Positions 14,016-35,121 are shown, counted from the stretch's first letter. The stretch: 64,000 nucleotides of DNA from the human T2T-CHM13v2.0 reference genome, Homo sapiens (GCF_009914755.1 NC_060925.1); one strand, 5' to 3'. The notes: generated from the sequence alone by a model not told the origin. Made by a program: numbers and translations.

Positions 14016-16127
14016 TGTTGGGGTGATCAGACCCAACACCAGATCCTGGGGGTGACAAAGTCTGGTAGAGTCAAAGGATTGAGAAAACCACAGTTTGAGA
14101 AGTAAAGTGGGAGCAGGGGGCCATCGCAATTGTGGAGGCTGCGAAGGCTCCGAGCTCTGGGAGCCCACGCTGTTTATTGGTAATCCAACAGAGAATCAGG
14201 TGGTGAGAATGTGGGGGTCAAAAGAGCAGGCTCATGATCTACAGCTGTGACGGTTTAGCATTTATTTATTTATTTTTTTTATTGATCATTCTTGGGTGTT
14301 TCTCGCAGAGGGGGATTTGGCAGGGTCATAGGACAATAGTAGAGGGAAGGTCAGCAGATAAACAAGTGAACAAAGGTCTCTGGTTTTCCTAGGCAGAGGG
14401 CCCTGCCGCCTTCCGCAGTGTTTGTGTCCCTGGGTACTTGAGATTAGGGAGTGGTGATGACTCTTAACGAGCATGCTGCCTTCAAGCTTCTGTTTAACAA
14501 AGCACATCTTGCACCGCCCTTAATCCATTTAACCCTGAGTGGACACAGCACATGTTTCAGAGAGCACAGGGTTGGGGGTAAGGTCACAGATCAACAGGAT
14601 CCCAAGGCAGAAGAATTTTTCTTAGTACAGAACAAAATGAAAAGTCTCCCATGTCTACTTCTTTCTACACAGACACGGCAACCATCCGATTTCTCAATCT
14701 TTTCCCCACCTTTCCCCCCTTTCTATTCCACAACCGCCATTGTCATCATGGCCTGTTCTCAATGAGCATGTTGGGTGCACCTCCCAGACGGGGTGGTGGC
14801 CGGGCAGAGGGGCTTCTCACTTCCCAGTAGGGGTGGCCGGGCAGAGGCGCCCCTCACCTCCCGGATGGGGCGGCTGGCCGGGCGGGGGGCTGACCCCCCC
14901 ACCTCCCTCCCGGACGGGGCGGCTGGCCGGGCGGGGGGGCTGACCCCCCACCTCCCTCCCGGACGGGGCGGCTGGCCGGGCGGGGGGCTGACCCCCCCAC
15001 CTCCCTCCCGGACGGGGCGGCTGGCTGGGCGGGGGGCTGACCCCCCACCTCCCTCCCGGACGGGGCGGCTGGCCTGGCAGGGGCTGATCCCCACCTCCCT
15101 CCTGGATGGGGTGGCTGCTGGGCGGAGACGCTCCTCACTTCCCAGACGGGGCGGCTGCCGGGCGGAGGGGCTCCTCACTTCTCAGATGGGGCAGTTGCCA
15201 GGCAGAGGTTCTCCTCACTTCTCAGACGGGGCGGCTGGGCAGAGACGTTCTTCACCTCCCAGACGGGGTCGCAGCCGGGCAGAGGTGCTCCTCACATCCC
15301 AGACGGGGCGGCGGGGCAGAGGCACTCCCCACATCTCAGACGATGGGCGGCCGGGCAGAGACGCTCCTCACTTCCTAGATGGGATGGCGGCCGGGAAGAG
15401 GCGCTCCTCACTTTCCAGACTGGGCAGCCAGGCAGAGGGGCTCCTCATGTCCCAGACGATGGGTGGCCAGGCAGAGATGCTCCTCACTTCCCAGACGGGG
15501 TGGCGGCCAGGCAGAGGCTGCACTTTCGGCACTTTGGGAGGCCAAGGCAGGCGGCTGGGAGGTGGAGGTTGTAGCGAGCCGAGATCACGCCACTGCACTC
15601 CAGCCTGGGCACCATTGAGCACTGAGTGAACCAGACACCATCTGCAATCCCGGCACCTCCAGAGGCCGAGGCTGGCAAATCACTCACGGTTAGGAGCTGG
15701 AGACCAGCCCGGCCAACACAGCGAAACCCCATCTCCACCAAAAAAATACGAAAACCAGTCAGGCGTGGCGGCGCGTGCCTGCAATCGCAGGCACTCGGCA
15801 GGCTGAGGCAGGAGAATCAGGCAGGGAGGTTGCAGTGAGCCGAGATGGCAGCAGTACAGTCCAGCTTCGGCTCGGCATCAGAGGGAGACCATGGAAAGAG
15901 AGGGAGAGGGAGACCATGGGGAGAGGGAGAGGGAGAGGGAGAGGTTGAGGTTTAGCATTTATATGGAACATGTTCTGCTACTTGAGATAATGGGATTACA
16001 ACCGCTCTAGGAGCTTGGAGGGCTAGAAGCAAGGATCCAGCAAGTCTACACACATTCCAGAGGACATTATGTCAGACATGCAAGCCCTGCCTCAGCTTTC
16101 TTCCCAACACTCAGCTTTTTCCCAACA
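14016..16127 (-). mobile_element. HERV-K(HML-5)-type solo LTR (LTR22-like), split by an SVA
   Basis: Minus strand TGTTGGGAAAAAGCTGAGTGTTGGG...GGTCTGATCACCCCAACA; pieces 14016-14265 and 15949-16127; flanks GATGC / GACAC. Confidence 0.7.
14266..15948 (-). mobile_element. Full-length SVA retrotransposon
   Basis: On minus strand: (CCCTCT)n head ~15880-15945, Alu-like region, GC-rich VNTR ~14780-15500, SINE-R, A-tail; 14-bp TSD GGTTTAGCATTTAT (14252-14265 / 15949-15962). Confidence 0.96.
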
Positions 16128-16339
16128 GACACTGTGCTAGAAATGACTCTTGGACTAGTCAGGATTGACTTATTAAGGTTTACTACTGAACAAATAGCTC
16201 TCCACATTTTAATTCAGCAAAAAGTATATTTCTCACTCATGTCACAGTCCAATGCTTGTCAGCCACCTTTCCTTTGCAGCTCTCCCTCAAGATTCAAGCC
16301 TATTCTATCTTACAAAGATGCCATTTAAAAGTGGCCTCT

Positions 16340-20406
<4,067 letters not shown>

Positions 20407-20422
20407 AAAAGTGGCCTCCATG

Positions 20423-20495
20423 GAGCTTGCAGTGAGCCAAGATCGCACCACTTGCACTCCAGCCTGGGCGACAGAGTGAGGCTCCATCTCAAAAC
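20423..20495 (+). mobile_element. 5'-truncated Alu (AluY-like 3' end)
   Basis: GGAGCTTGCAGTGAGCCAAGATCGCACCAC...CCATCTC plus short A-tail. Confidence 0.85.
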
Positions 20496-21272
20496 AAAGG
20501 GGGCCTCCAAAAGAGACTGTTTGCTGAATGAATATGGGCAAAATGCAAACGTAATAGAAAGAATTAGAAAACAGGGTAGCATCTGAGTAGAGGTGAGACT
20601 GTATTGTTTGAAAGCTCTTTCTGGGTTGGACCTTTGCAGAAACTCTGCAAACCCAGTTCCACATGCATGTGCATCCATACACATACACTCCTTCAAAAGC
20701 CTCATATGTTATCTTGGAATTAGTTGTTCTTATTTCTCACTCATAATATTGCTGTCTAGTAATAGCATGAGTAACTGAGTTGAGTCTGTATATTAATTTG
20801 GATGTATCAAGTTATTTTTCAATGAAGAAATTGACTTACTTGCAAATTGTCAGCTAGGCAAGAGAGAGAACATTTGAGTCAAGGTTTAAAACATTGTATA
20901 AGTAATTTTAATACAACACAAAACATATTTGCTATATTCAAAAGCAATTAATTATAAGACACAATTGAAGTAGGGGGACATTAAAATAAAATTACATTGT
21001 TAACTACATTTTAAAAGTAATTCTTGCATTATTTGTAAAACTGATTCAGTAGGAGGAAATTAATACTCAGTTTATAAAAGTATTCATGTTTTCCTTTAGG
21101 CATTTCTTCTAGCGCATTCAAAATTATCCAATTTACAAGTAATTCATTTTAAGTTAACTTCTAGCATATAAAATGGTTGTGTTGAAACACTGTCTTCAGA
21201 ATTTTATTTTTAAAAGATACTATTTTAGTATAAATTCACATTTATAGTTGAATGCTTTTGTGAAAGATATTA

Positions 21273-21614
<342 letters not shown>

Positions 21615-22211
21615 TTAGAGTCTGCTAAGTTGCTATAAATACAACAAAAAATTCAATGGCACAAACAAAATATCAGTTGCCTCTCATGAAAAAGTCCAAG
21701 ATTAGCAGGTGCAGATTGGAAGAGCAAAATTGACTCAGGGAGTGGTAGAAGGAGAGCAAGGATCCAAGGCATGAGCCACAATCCATGCCTCTTACAACCC
21801 CTCACATCTGTCAAATAGAACCCTTGTCTGGATGGGCCCTTGTTCTAACCCAGTGCCTGAAATCTTGTATCTGTTATATTGGTGGTTCTACATGACTTTA
21901 TATTTGAAAAGTTACATTTTAGAAGTGGATATTTTGTATTTTTGGTTACTAATATAACTGTGTGAAAGCACTATTAAAAATACTTTTATTTCGTTAAAAT
22001 TACCTGTTTATGTTTTGGTCTCCTCCACTAATCTGTAAGCCCCTCTGAGTAGGAAACAATACATTCCTCACTATACTCCAGCACTCAGCTCAGTGCATGG
22101 GGATTTAAAAGTAAATTTCTTCCAGAAGTGTAGATTCTTAGATCCAGATTGTGAGGAGGGGAGGAGAGAGGTATAGGTGAGCCGGGGGCGGAAGTGGGGG
22201 CAGGATCATCT

Positions 22212-22669
22212 TAAGGAAGGAGACCACTACTACTACTGCTGCCCTCCTCCCACCACCTTGCCTCGTTCACAAGACAGGAGGAGAGAAAAAGCAAAAAGTT
22301 GGAAAAAAAAAAAAAAGTAAGATAAATAGCCAGACAACCTTGGCACCACCACCCGGCCCTAGGAGTTAAAAAAAGTAATAATAATAACATCAACCCCTGA
22401 CCTAAACTACTTGTGTTATCTGTGAATTCCTGACACTGTATGAAAAAAGCATTGTAGCCCCCAGTCACGTTTCCCACTCTTGTTTGATGTATCACGACCC
22501 TTTCACGTGGACCCCTTAAAGTTGTAAGCCTTTAAAAAGGCCAAGAATTTCTTTTTCGGGGAGCTCGGCTCTTAAGACGCGAGTCTGCCGACGCTCCCGG
22601 CCGAATAAAAACCTCTTCCTTTTTTAATTCGGTGTCTGAGGAGTTTTGTCTGTGGCTCATCCTGCTACA
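22212..22669 (+). mobile_element. HERV-E-type solo LTR (LTR2 family) just upstream of FMO5 exon 1
   Basis: TAAGGAAGGAGACCAC...CCTGCTACA termini, AATAAA at ~22604, 4-bp TSD ATCT (22208-22211 / 22670-22673). Confidence 0.82.
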
Positions 22670-22939
22670 ATCTGTTTGAACAGATCACCTGAAAGGTAGG
22701 TGTTCATTTAAGCATTTGGAGTAGAACTGGCTTTGGGGTTGTTGACAGTTTTCCCTTCACTAGGAAGTGTTTGTCACTTTAAGGCAAAAACCAGGAAGTT
22801 AAAAGTGGATGCAGAAGCGAGCACAGACGGGGCTAGGGGTTTCAGAGAAAGTAATTGAGAGTGCTGGCAACAGCAGCTGAAATATAGAGAAGTTGTAGGA
22901 TTAACTTTTTCGCCCAAAGCAGCTTCAGCCCACGTTTTA

Positions 22940-23137
22940 TTCCCATCGAGGGAGGGAGAATGGGTGCCGCTGAGTGGGCGGGGGAGTGGTCCCTGAAAGG
23001 AGGTGGAGTGCTACAGCCCCTCCCCGTTGGCTCTCGCTGTTTGTCCGTTGTTGGTTTATACTAATTTGACAACAGCCGCCTGTTGAGTCTCCTCCAGATC
23101 GCAGCTGAAGGATCTGTTGAGCGCTTCAGGAAAGGCG
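22940..23137 (+). other. FMO5: FMO5 non-coding exon 1 / promoter (TSS approximate)
   Basis: Locally GC/CpG-richer stretch with GC box, ending at donor GCG|GTGAGA (23138), ~220 nt before the exon 2 acceptor. Confidence 0.6.
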
Positions 23138-23394
23138 GTGAGATCCGGTACCGCAGCAGAGCACTCTCAGCTCTGGGTCTTGCAGGCGCAGGGCTCCCCC
23201 ATGCCAGCAGAAAGATTTCCTCTGGTGAAGAGGACCGTCGAATCTGTCCTCCTCAAGACACCTCTTGTACAGAATTTATTCGAATGCCACGGCCAAGGTC
23301 TTCCTTGAAAAATGTTAACCGATGTGTGCTTTTTGTCTTTTGTCATCCTTTCTTTAGGACAGGCGACACTAACAGGTGAAGATCTCGGGAGACC

Positions 23395-23529
23395 ATGACT
23401 AAGAAAAGAATTGCTGTGATTGGGGGAGGAGTGAGCGGGCTCTCTTCCATCAAGTGCTGCGTAGAAGAAGGCTTGGAACCTGTCTGCTTTGAAAGGACTG
23501 ATGACATCGGAGGGCTCTGGAGGTTCCAG
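23395..23529 (+). CDS. FMO5: FMO5 (flavin-containing monooxygenase 5) exon 2, first coding exon, FAD-binding GxGxxG
   Basis: [22 protein letters not shown]...GGLWRFQ; Kozak ACCATG; acceptor TTTAG at 23357; donor CAG|GTACAT; 135 nt. Confidence 0.98.
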
Positions 23530-23613
23530 GTACATACATCTCCTAGTCCCTTAATACTTGAAACCCTCCCTGCAACTAGGTGCATACGACAGTTTATCTT
23601 AACAGTGTCAGGT

Positions 23614-23917
<304 letters not shown>

Positions 23918-24006
23918 ATAGTTAAACTTATTATATTCCAAAGAATACCAGCCACCTTTATTGATCTCCAAACTGACATGCATTGGATTTGCTGGGTTTG
24001 CTTTTA

Positions 24007-24892
24007 TTTTTACATTTTTTGAAGGAGAATTTTTATTCTTTTTATTTACAGAAAATTCAGCAGTGTACATTTAACCCAGTTTAGTGGCAACTTCTTTCAC
24101 CTTTCCCTTTTCCACTTTGGTGATTCAAACCCACAGATTTAGGACCCAGGACATTGCCTCCCCATTGGCAGCGAATCTCATCATATCTGTCCATGTAATT
24201 GGTTCTGAAAACTGCCACCAACTTAGCCACACCTCCTTTGTCTTCCTAGTGAACCTGTGTGAAGGCAACGTCGTGCAGGTCTTCCTGTGGACTAGACATC
24301 CCAATCTTACCTCACCCTTGATAATGCAGTAAGGGACCCCCATTTTGGGACACAGGGCAGGCAGGAAGACAACCAGCTCGATGGGATCCGCATCGTGTGC
24401 AATCACCACCAGCTGAGTCTTCTTGTTCTCCACCAAGGTGGTGATTGTGTTAACCCCTGCTGGAAAGACGGGTGGTGTCTCGATGGGGGTATCCCCTTTG
24501 CTAGCAGCTTTCTTCTCAGTCCAGGACAACAGTCTCTGCTTCTTCTCTTGTTTTGTCTCTGGTCTGTGCTTGTGGGCCCGCGTAAGCAGTCAGTAGCTGT
24601 TTGGCAGTGCGAAGCCTGGGTGAACTGGTTAATGGCAGGAAGTGCTTTCAGCAGCTTATAAAAGGATAGCTCTTTGCTGCTGCAACCTGATATAGGGGGG
24701 CCATCTGACAAAGAGGGTGAGGTCTCTTTGGGGCTGTATGTCCTGTCCAATGCCAAAATTCTTAGGCTTTTTCTCAAACAGAGGATTCACAACTTTTTTG
24801 GCTTCCTGCTTCTTCACTGATAGCAGGGGCGGGGGCCGCCTTCTTTCCCTTAGCCTTCTTTCCTATTGGCATCTTGGGTGGCTAGAGGAGAA
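24007..24892 (-). pseudogene. RPL7AP15: Processed RPL7A pseudogene in FMO5 intron 2
   Basis: Intronless RPL7A-like peptide ([37 protein letters not shown]); ATG 24872, stop ~24071; frameshifts; decayed A-tail; TSD GGGTTTGCTTTTA (23994-24006 / 24894-24906). Pseudogene number is from memory. Confidence 0.92.
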
Positions 24893-26046
24893 CGGGTTTG
24901 CTTTTAAGCTAGTTTTCTGAACATTTAATAGTATTGAGGTGCCCTAGATAAGTTTTACGTTTCATATTTCATAAAAACTAACACATTGTTGGCCAGCTAC
25001 ATAAAAGTGGCTTTATAGCATTTCTTAGTTGAACTGAAATACAATCCTTTTGCACCCTGACTCTGTTTTGGGGACTAATTTTATGTGACAATCGTCCTTA
25101 TTCAGATCTGGAGTGGATCCCCTTAGCTGACCTGCATACCTGTATCATCATCAGTCTTGGACATGGGCTAAAAGCCTGTTGTTTTTAGTAAACAGCAGAA
25201 AATTCTGCTCTTAAAATCCAGCCACAATATGGTATGGAGGTTAAGAATGCAGTCTTAGGCTCAAACCTTATTTCTGTCACCTACTAGCAGTGTGACTTTG
25301 GGCACATCATTAAGCTTCTCTGTACCTGTGTTTCTTCATCTTTAAGAAGTGGATAATAATAGTATCCACTTTATAGAGTTATTGTCAGGAGTAAGTGAAT
25401 GGATAATTATGCCAATCACTTACAACAGTGCCAGGAACATAGTGCTACATGTTGGTTATTATTCAGTAGGCCTAGGATGGGACTCACACATGTGGTGTCT
25501 TTACTAAGCATCTTAGCCAGTTTTGGCAGTTACTGAAAAGGCATGAAATCAATTGAGGATGGGAGGAGGTTGGGAGGGCATCCATCATCTTGTCGGATTA
25601 TCAAGTTTCTGGTTTTTATCTCCAATGTGGTTTAAACTTATTCTCTGCTAAAGACTTAACGTGGAGGTTTTTCTTCTGATTATCCACTTGGCAAAATTTT
25701 AACACTTTGTAAACTGCTTCCTTGAAAATAAATAAGCTGTGTTTCATCATAACGCTCTGACTTCTGTTACGACAGACCACACCTGTGTGGTTCACCGTTA
25801 TATTTCTAGAGCCAAGCATGTATTCTACTATCTCCATTTTTTAAAGCTCCCCAGATGATTCCAATGTGCAGACAACAGTTCAAAGAGAGTTTCTATTCCA
25901 TGGGATTTTGAAAATCTGACAGGAACAGAAGCCCCAAACTGTCCTCATTCCTCCCATTTAAATTTTTCTCCTTTCTTCTGTCCTTATTACTTCTTCCAAT
26001 CCCATCAGTTCCAATTTCCCCAACTTCCATCCCCTGCTCTCTCTCT

Positions 26047-26336
26047 CTTTTCTTTTTAGGCAGAGTCTCACTCTGTTACCCAGGCTGGAGTATAGTGGCG
26101 TGATCTCAGCTCACTGCAACCTCTGCCTCCTGGGTTCAAGTGATTCTCATGCCTTAGCCTCTCAAGTAGCTGAAATTATACACGCACTACTACGCCTTGC
26201 TAATTCTTGTATTTTTAGTAAAGATGGGGTTTCACCATGTTGGCCAGGCTATTCTCGAACTCCTCACCTCAAGTGATCTGCTCACCTCGGCCTCCCAAGG
26301 TGTGGGGATTACAGGCATGAGCCACCGTGCCTAGCC
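26047..26336 (-). mobile_element. Alu (AluS-like)
   Basis: Antisense dimer. Confidence 0.92.
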
Positions 26337-26984
26337 TCTCTTTTCTTACACAGACTTCCTGCTCAAATGTGTGAGCCTTGTGCCTAGGTAGGAAATATAA
26401 TCAGTGTATAGAGTTTGTAGAGAGAAGATTTATTCATCAATGGTAGAAAATTGTAAAATGCAGGAGCAGAAGCTTCTTTTTCTTCTACTCACTAACCCAA
26501 TACTGCTCTGTGCTCACTCTTTTGGAAAGCAGTGGATTGGCACAGTGGTAAACCTTACCTAAGTTCCAATCAGGTGTTTCGAAGGATTTGAAGGATGTTG
26601 TTGACACAGGATAACACTTGTTGTGGTTAGTGATTTGAAAAAGAGTTGAAATATAGGAGTACCTCAAAGAGGTGAGATCTGTCATTCATTTCACTCAGTG
26701 ATCCCAACAGACCTGCTGTGGATAGGATGGCTCTACTCTTTGTAAACGTTGAACTTTTGGAATACACATACAGACTTGCATTTATCAGTACCTCATAAAG
26801 TATTTTATTACAGAGGGACTTTCTAAATATCTCTTGAATGAATAAATGAAATGAAATTCAGAAGTTAGGAACATGCCTCACCTGCTCTCCATACAGCAAA
26901 CATCTTAATTCCAAAATGACCTTGCCATTCATTAATTTACCTTAATTAAAAAATATATACACTTATGTACAAACATGTTTAAAT

Positions 26985-29000
<2,016 letters not shown>

Positions 29001-29889
29001 CAAACAACATTTTAACAAAAATAAAAGAAAAAGAAAGCAATCCTACTGCCTTAATAAGTCGACTGGTTTTCTGTATTTTCACATTTTTTTCTATTTCAAA
29101 TAAATGAAGTATACTCAAAAGAGACATGTCTAACAGGGAGCGATTATACAAGTATAATTATATACCCATAGATAGACATAATATTACATATTTGGTGATT
29201 AGAATGTAAATTTAATTTTACAGTTCCCTTTGTACTTCATTATATCATACGCCATTTTTAATGTTCCTGCACAGACTTCAAAATCATAGTTTTTGGTGTC
29301 TCCAAATTCAATTTCCATAATTCATTAACTAATTCATTTCAAAGCATTTATTGCACATCCAGTACACACCAGGTCCTGATAATAGAGATTTAAAGAAGGA
29401 TATGGCTACTCTCGGGTTTCTCACAGTCATGGAAACAAATGCCTGATAATATAGTGTGTTTAAGTTATCTTTATAGAAATATGAACAGAGAGTTTTGGGA
29501 GCTTGGAGGATGAATAGGGGAATCTAATTCTCTGGAGAAATTAGAAAAGTCTTGTTGAAGGAAGTGACATTTGATGTAACTCTTGAAGGACAGGAAATTT
29601 TCCAGATGAAGAAATAGTAATATTTACGAAGGTTTAAAGTTGTGCAAGAGCCTAGAGTGTTTCAGGAACAATTTAATAACTTAGAAATTTGAGATTAAAT
29701 AAGGACAACACTGGATGAAGATTAAAAGATAAACCGGGCTAGATTGTGAAATGTGCTAAATTTCAAAATAAGGAATTTTGTTTTCCATATGGAATCAAGA
29801 GAAACTATTAAGCAGTGGAGTGGCAGGATCTACTTTGTATTTATCAGGATACCCATGGAGTGGTGTGGAAGGTAAATTCTGCATGTTGA

Positions 29890-30201
<312 letters not shown>

Positions 30202-31121
30202 CTATAATTTACTAAACCATTCATCTATTTTGGGAACATTTAACATTGTTACTAATTAATTGCTATTTAAGTTATACAAAAATATATCTATGCATTTGAC
30301 TTTATATTATTTTGAAATTTTTCTTGGGACAAAATTTTGGGAGATACATATATCTTATTGAAGTCTTTTTGAGATAAATGTTGATGTATTTTATTAGTTT
30401 TCTTATGCATTTTGTGAAACTTACATCTTATTCTGTATATCCCTTTCTCAATACAATTTGATATGCATCCATTAAACATTTATTGAGTGCTATTTATCAT
30501 TGTGGATGCTGTGGGGAAAACCATGAGTACAATTCAAGGGGCTTACAATCTAGTTGGAGAGATAAGGAATACACTACAAAACATTATGGAGGTCTTTGAA
30601 TCCTAAGCTGAGAAATAGGAACTTTATTCTGCAGGAAATGGGAAAACATCTAAAATTTTAATTAGGGCAGAGATTTAGTCCAGCCACACCTTAGAGAGAA
30701 CACTTTGGTTGAAACAGGTAGGCTAGATTAGAAGAAGAGACTTCAAAGGAGTCTTATGAAAATGTTATTAGCAGTTAAAGAAATGAGATGTTGGATTATA
30801 GGTCAGAGAAATGGGAATGATCAATTTAGGATTCCTAGATTGAATAATTAAGCAATAAAAATGGGAGAAAAACAATCCTAAAGGTGGACAAAGCCAACAA
30901 ACAACAAACACTCTCCTTTGTGGCTATTTAATGTTTCATAATACTCAATATCTCAATATCTGTTCATTTCTAGAATAAAAAGGGAGGAGGAGATCCAAAT
31001 TGATTAAGGTGATTTTCCATAGTCAAAACAATTTTTGAAAATCTAAAAATTTGAAAGCTCCTCATTTGTGAAATCTCGGTGACAGGCTGGGTAGATTGCA
31101 TCATTGCATTACTTTATGTGA

Positions 31122-31472
<351 letters not shown>

Positions 31473-31548
31473 TAGGAAGTTTTTGAGGATGCAAAGAAGT
31501 TTGTTGTAGGGGAAAGAACACTGAATTGAGGATTAATGTCATTTAATG

Positions 31549-31745
31549 CAGTGCATCTCAGTTTGCATGAGCATCTGAATTCTGAATCACATGAAGATTT
31601 TGCTAAGATGCAGGTTCTGATTCAGTAGGTCTGAGGTGGGGCCTGAGAGTCTGCATTTCTAACACAATCTCTCAAGGGAAGCCCCAGCTGCTAGTCTACA
31701 GACCATACTTTGGTAGTAAGGATCTAGAGCAGTGGTTCTCAAATT
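31549..31745. mobile_element. MER5-type hAT MITE
   Basis: GATTCAGTAGGTCTGAGGTGGGGCCTGAGAGTCTGCATTTCTAAC core and CAGTGGTTCTC terminus. Confidence 0.65.
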
Positions 31746-32484
31746 TCAGTTGTTTTTTTGGGCATTTAGCTTGTCTCATTTTTGTATTATGAATAATGCT
31801 GGTATTAACATCCTTTAACATAAATCTTCCTAAGCGATGCTGAATATTTTTTTAAAAGGCTAGGTAAATTGCAAGGAGTTTCATATACATTTTAACACTG
31901 CTCTCCAGAAAACGCTGGAGATGTTATACTCTTTCCAGTATATGGAAACTGTTACACTCTTTCCTGTGTATCTTCCCATTTTGCCTCATTGTTACTCATT
32001 TAAAAGACTATTACTCAGTGTTAGTAACTTTCTGTTCACATGTTTAGAACTTCAGCTGGGATAGAATAGAATAGGTAGAATTTTTGGGGACTGGCCATAT
32101 ATTTTCTGTCCCAGACATTCTCTTCATGTGGTGAGGCTGGACTTCCTCAAGCTATGGTGGTCTCATGGTAGTTGGATTTCTCATATGGCTGCTAGCTTCT
32201 ACCAGAGCGAGCTTTCTGAGACCCAGGCAGAATCCGCAAGGCTACTTATGACTTGGTCTTGGAAGCCATTCAGTGTCATTTCAACTGTATGCTGTTGGTC
32301 AAAAGCAAGTCATAAAGATAACTGAGATTCAAGGGGAAGGGACTACATAAGGGCACAAATACTGGAAGGTGTGTGTGTGATTTAATTGACACTTCTTTCA
32401 GAAAACTTTTTCAGATGTCTATTGGCTATTATAAAACATGAAGATGATCCTCAAGTTGCTATGAATACTTTCTATTTATTGCAG

Positions 32485-32673
32485 GAAAATCCTGAAGAAG
32501 GAAGGGCCAGTATTTACAAATCAGTGATCATCAATACTTCTAAAGAGATGATGTGCTTCAGTGACTATCCAATCCCAGATCATTATCCCAACTTCATGCA
32601 TAATGCCCAGGTCCTGGAGTATTTCAGGATGTATGCCAAAGAATTTGACCTTCTAAAGTATATTCGATTTAAG
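32485..32673 (+). CDS. FMO5: FMO5 exon 3
   Basis: [29 protein letters not shown]...KYIRFK; AG/GT boundaries; 189 nt. Confidence 0.98.
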
Positions 32674-33910
32674 GTAGAAAATTGTGTGGGTATCTTTGTG
32701 TTTGAAGTTGTTTGCCAAGTAAATGAATAACGTGGTTTCAGTTACCAATGTTTACTTCTAAAGATTGGCTTGATTTGCACATGTATTTATCCTACCCAGG
32801 CAAAAACTCCATTCTTTGTCCTCCTTTGCTCCTCAAAAATATTCAAGGGACAGTCTCTCTTTCATATATTTTGGCTGCAGATACAGGAAGCCACCTGGCA
32901 GAGTGTTTTCATTACCTTCATTTCACATTATTTGATTGCAATAAACAGATGAAGGGAAATGTTTTCCCCATTACAGAAGGGAACTGATAGGTATGGGAAC
33001 TTTAAAACTCTCTGGTTCCACAACTTGTCCATTACTGCTTAGCCCTTTTGTACTTTCTGAAGTACTTTCCAATATATTTGTTTACATGAACATCATAAAA
33101 ACCCAGTAAAGTATAGCTCTTGGGTAGTTAACTCTGGTGTAGAGGGGAGAACATGGAATTGCAGAATAAAAACCTGAATTCTGGTGCTTGCCCTACCACT
33201 AACTAACTTAGATGTTAGACAAGCAATTTCCTCAATTTCAATTTTTAAAAATTTTCTTGTTTGTAAAACAAGATGATTGTACCAGATCACTTCTGTGGTT
33301 CCTTCCTGCTCTAAAGTATTCTAGGACTTTTCTATAATTTCTGATCATGACCATAAAAGAATTTTATGGTCAGATATTTCTGACAGCTGGCAAAAAGCCC
33401 AAACCTTCTGCCTTCTGATCATCCTGCTAAGTCATGCCTTTTTCTGCTTAATGACAATAAGAAAATGAAAACATCTAGTGAACTTCTAAAGTAAGTCATT
33501 TACATTCCAGTGGTGCTTCTCTTCATTTATTTAAACAATACTTATTGAACAAGTTTGCTACCATACTAAGCATTGAATATGCAAAGACAAAAAAGAAAAA
33601 TCAGTAACTTTATAGTCTAGTTAAAGGGATAAAAATGAAGAAAAATTTTATTATAAATATAATTAATAAAAATAGAGAGTTACATGGGGACAAATGCTAG
33701 AGATCTATACGTTGCAGCTCGGAGGAAAGATGTTGAACCCATCAGGACATGAAATATCAGGTTCCAGGAAAGTTTTCTTAAAGAAGATAAAGTTTTCTTA
33801 AAGCTGAGTCTTGAAGGATGAGTAGGAGTCTACCAAATAAGGAATAAAAGGGTGATCTCGGCAGAGGCACCAGCCTGTGTAAAAGAACATGATAGAGGAA
33901 CTATAAATAG

Positions 33911-34259
<349 letters not shown>

Positions 34260-34958
34260 GGGATGGTGTCTCTATTAGTCCATGAAGACATTATGGTCAT
34301 GGGCCCGTAGAAGCACATAGTGTTTCCTTAACCTAAGTAGGGTAACCCATATTTATTATTTTTTATAAAGCTAAAAATCATAACACTATCCTGTTTCACA
34401 GCCTCTTTCTTTATAGTTCTTTGTAAAATGGGTATTTATGGGAGCCAAAGGGAGATTCATTTATATAAAATGAGAGCCACTGAGGTGTTTTTCTACCCTA
34501 CCAGGAAAAGGAGCCCTATAGCTCAGTCACTTATTTAAAGGTAGCCAGGAGAAGAGAACCTAGGGTAAGAAGACATCAGAAGGTCTCAGGACATATAGGG
34601 GTCAGGAGAAGAATAGGCATTTAGTGCATGGAGTGTCATAAAAGCACAGGAGAAGCCCAGGCTTTACTCAGGTGTTACAGTGCCTTAGGACCTGGACCAA
34701 GAGACCTGGTGACTTGCACTTTTCTAGAAGAGGAGGGTACATTAGCCTGCCAACACTATGTTATTTTTTTCTGTCTTGTGGAAATTTTCTCATTCTGACT
34801 ACAGCCCCAAACAGTTCTTATTTGTGGAGTATGAAAATCAAATATCCCTGCATGGGTCCTATTATGTGATAGTGTCTGTGATATCAGCCCTTTGTGTAAC
34901 ACTATGCAAGGAGAGTCATGTCAGGGATGTCCCCTGTGGTTATCACTTTTCTTTTCAG

Positions 34959-35121
34959 ACCACTGTGTGCAGTGTGAAGAAGCAGCCTGATTTTGCCACT
35001 TCAGGCCAATGGGAAGTGGTCACTGAATCTGAAGGGAAAAAGGAGATGAATGTCTTTGATGGAGTCATGGTTTGCACTGGCCATCACACCAATGCTCATC
35101 TACCTCTGGAAAGCTTCCCTG
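34959..35121 (+). CDS. FMO5: FMO5 exon 4
   Basis: [18 protein letters not shown]...[19 protein letters not shown]; AG/GT boundaries; 163 nt. Confidence 0.98.

Noticed and set aside
14740-15971. 284-aa and other repetitive ORFs
   Set aside because: Translations of the SVA VNTR and Alu-like region.
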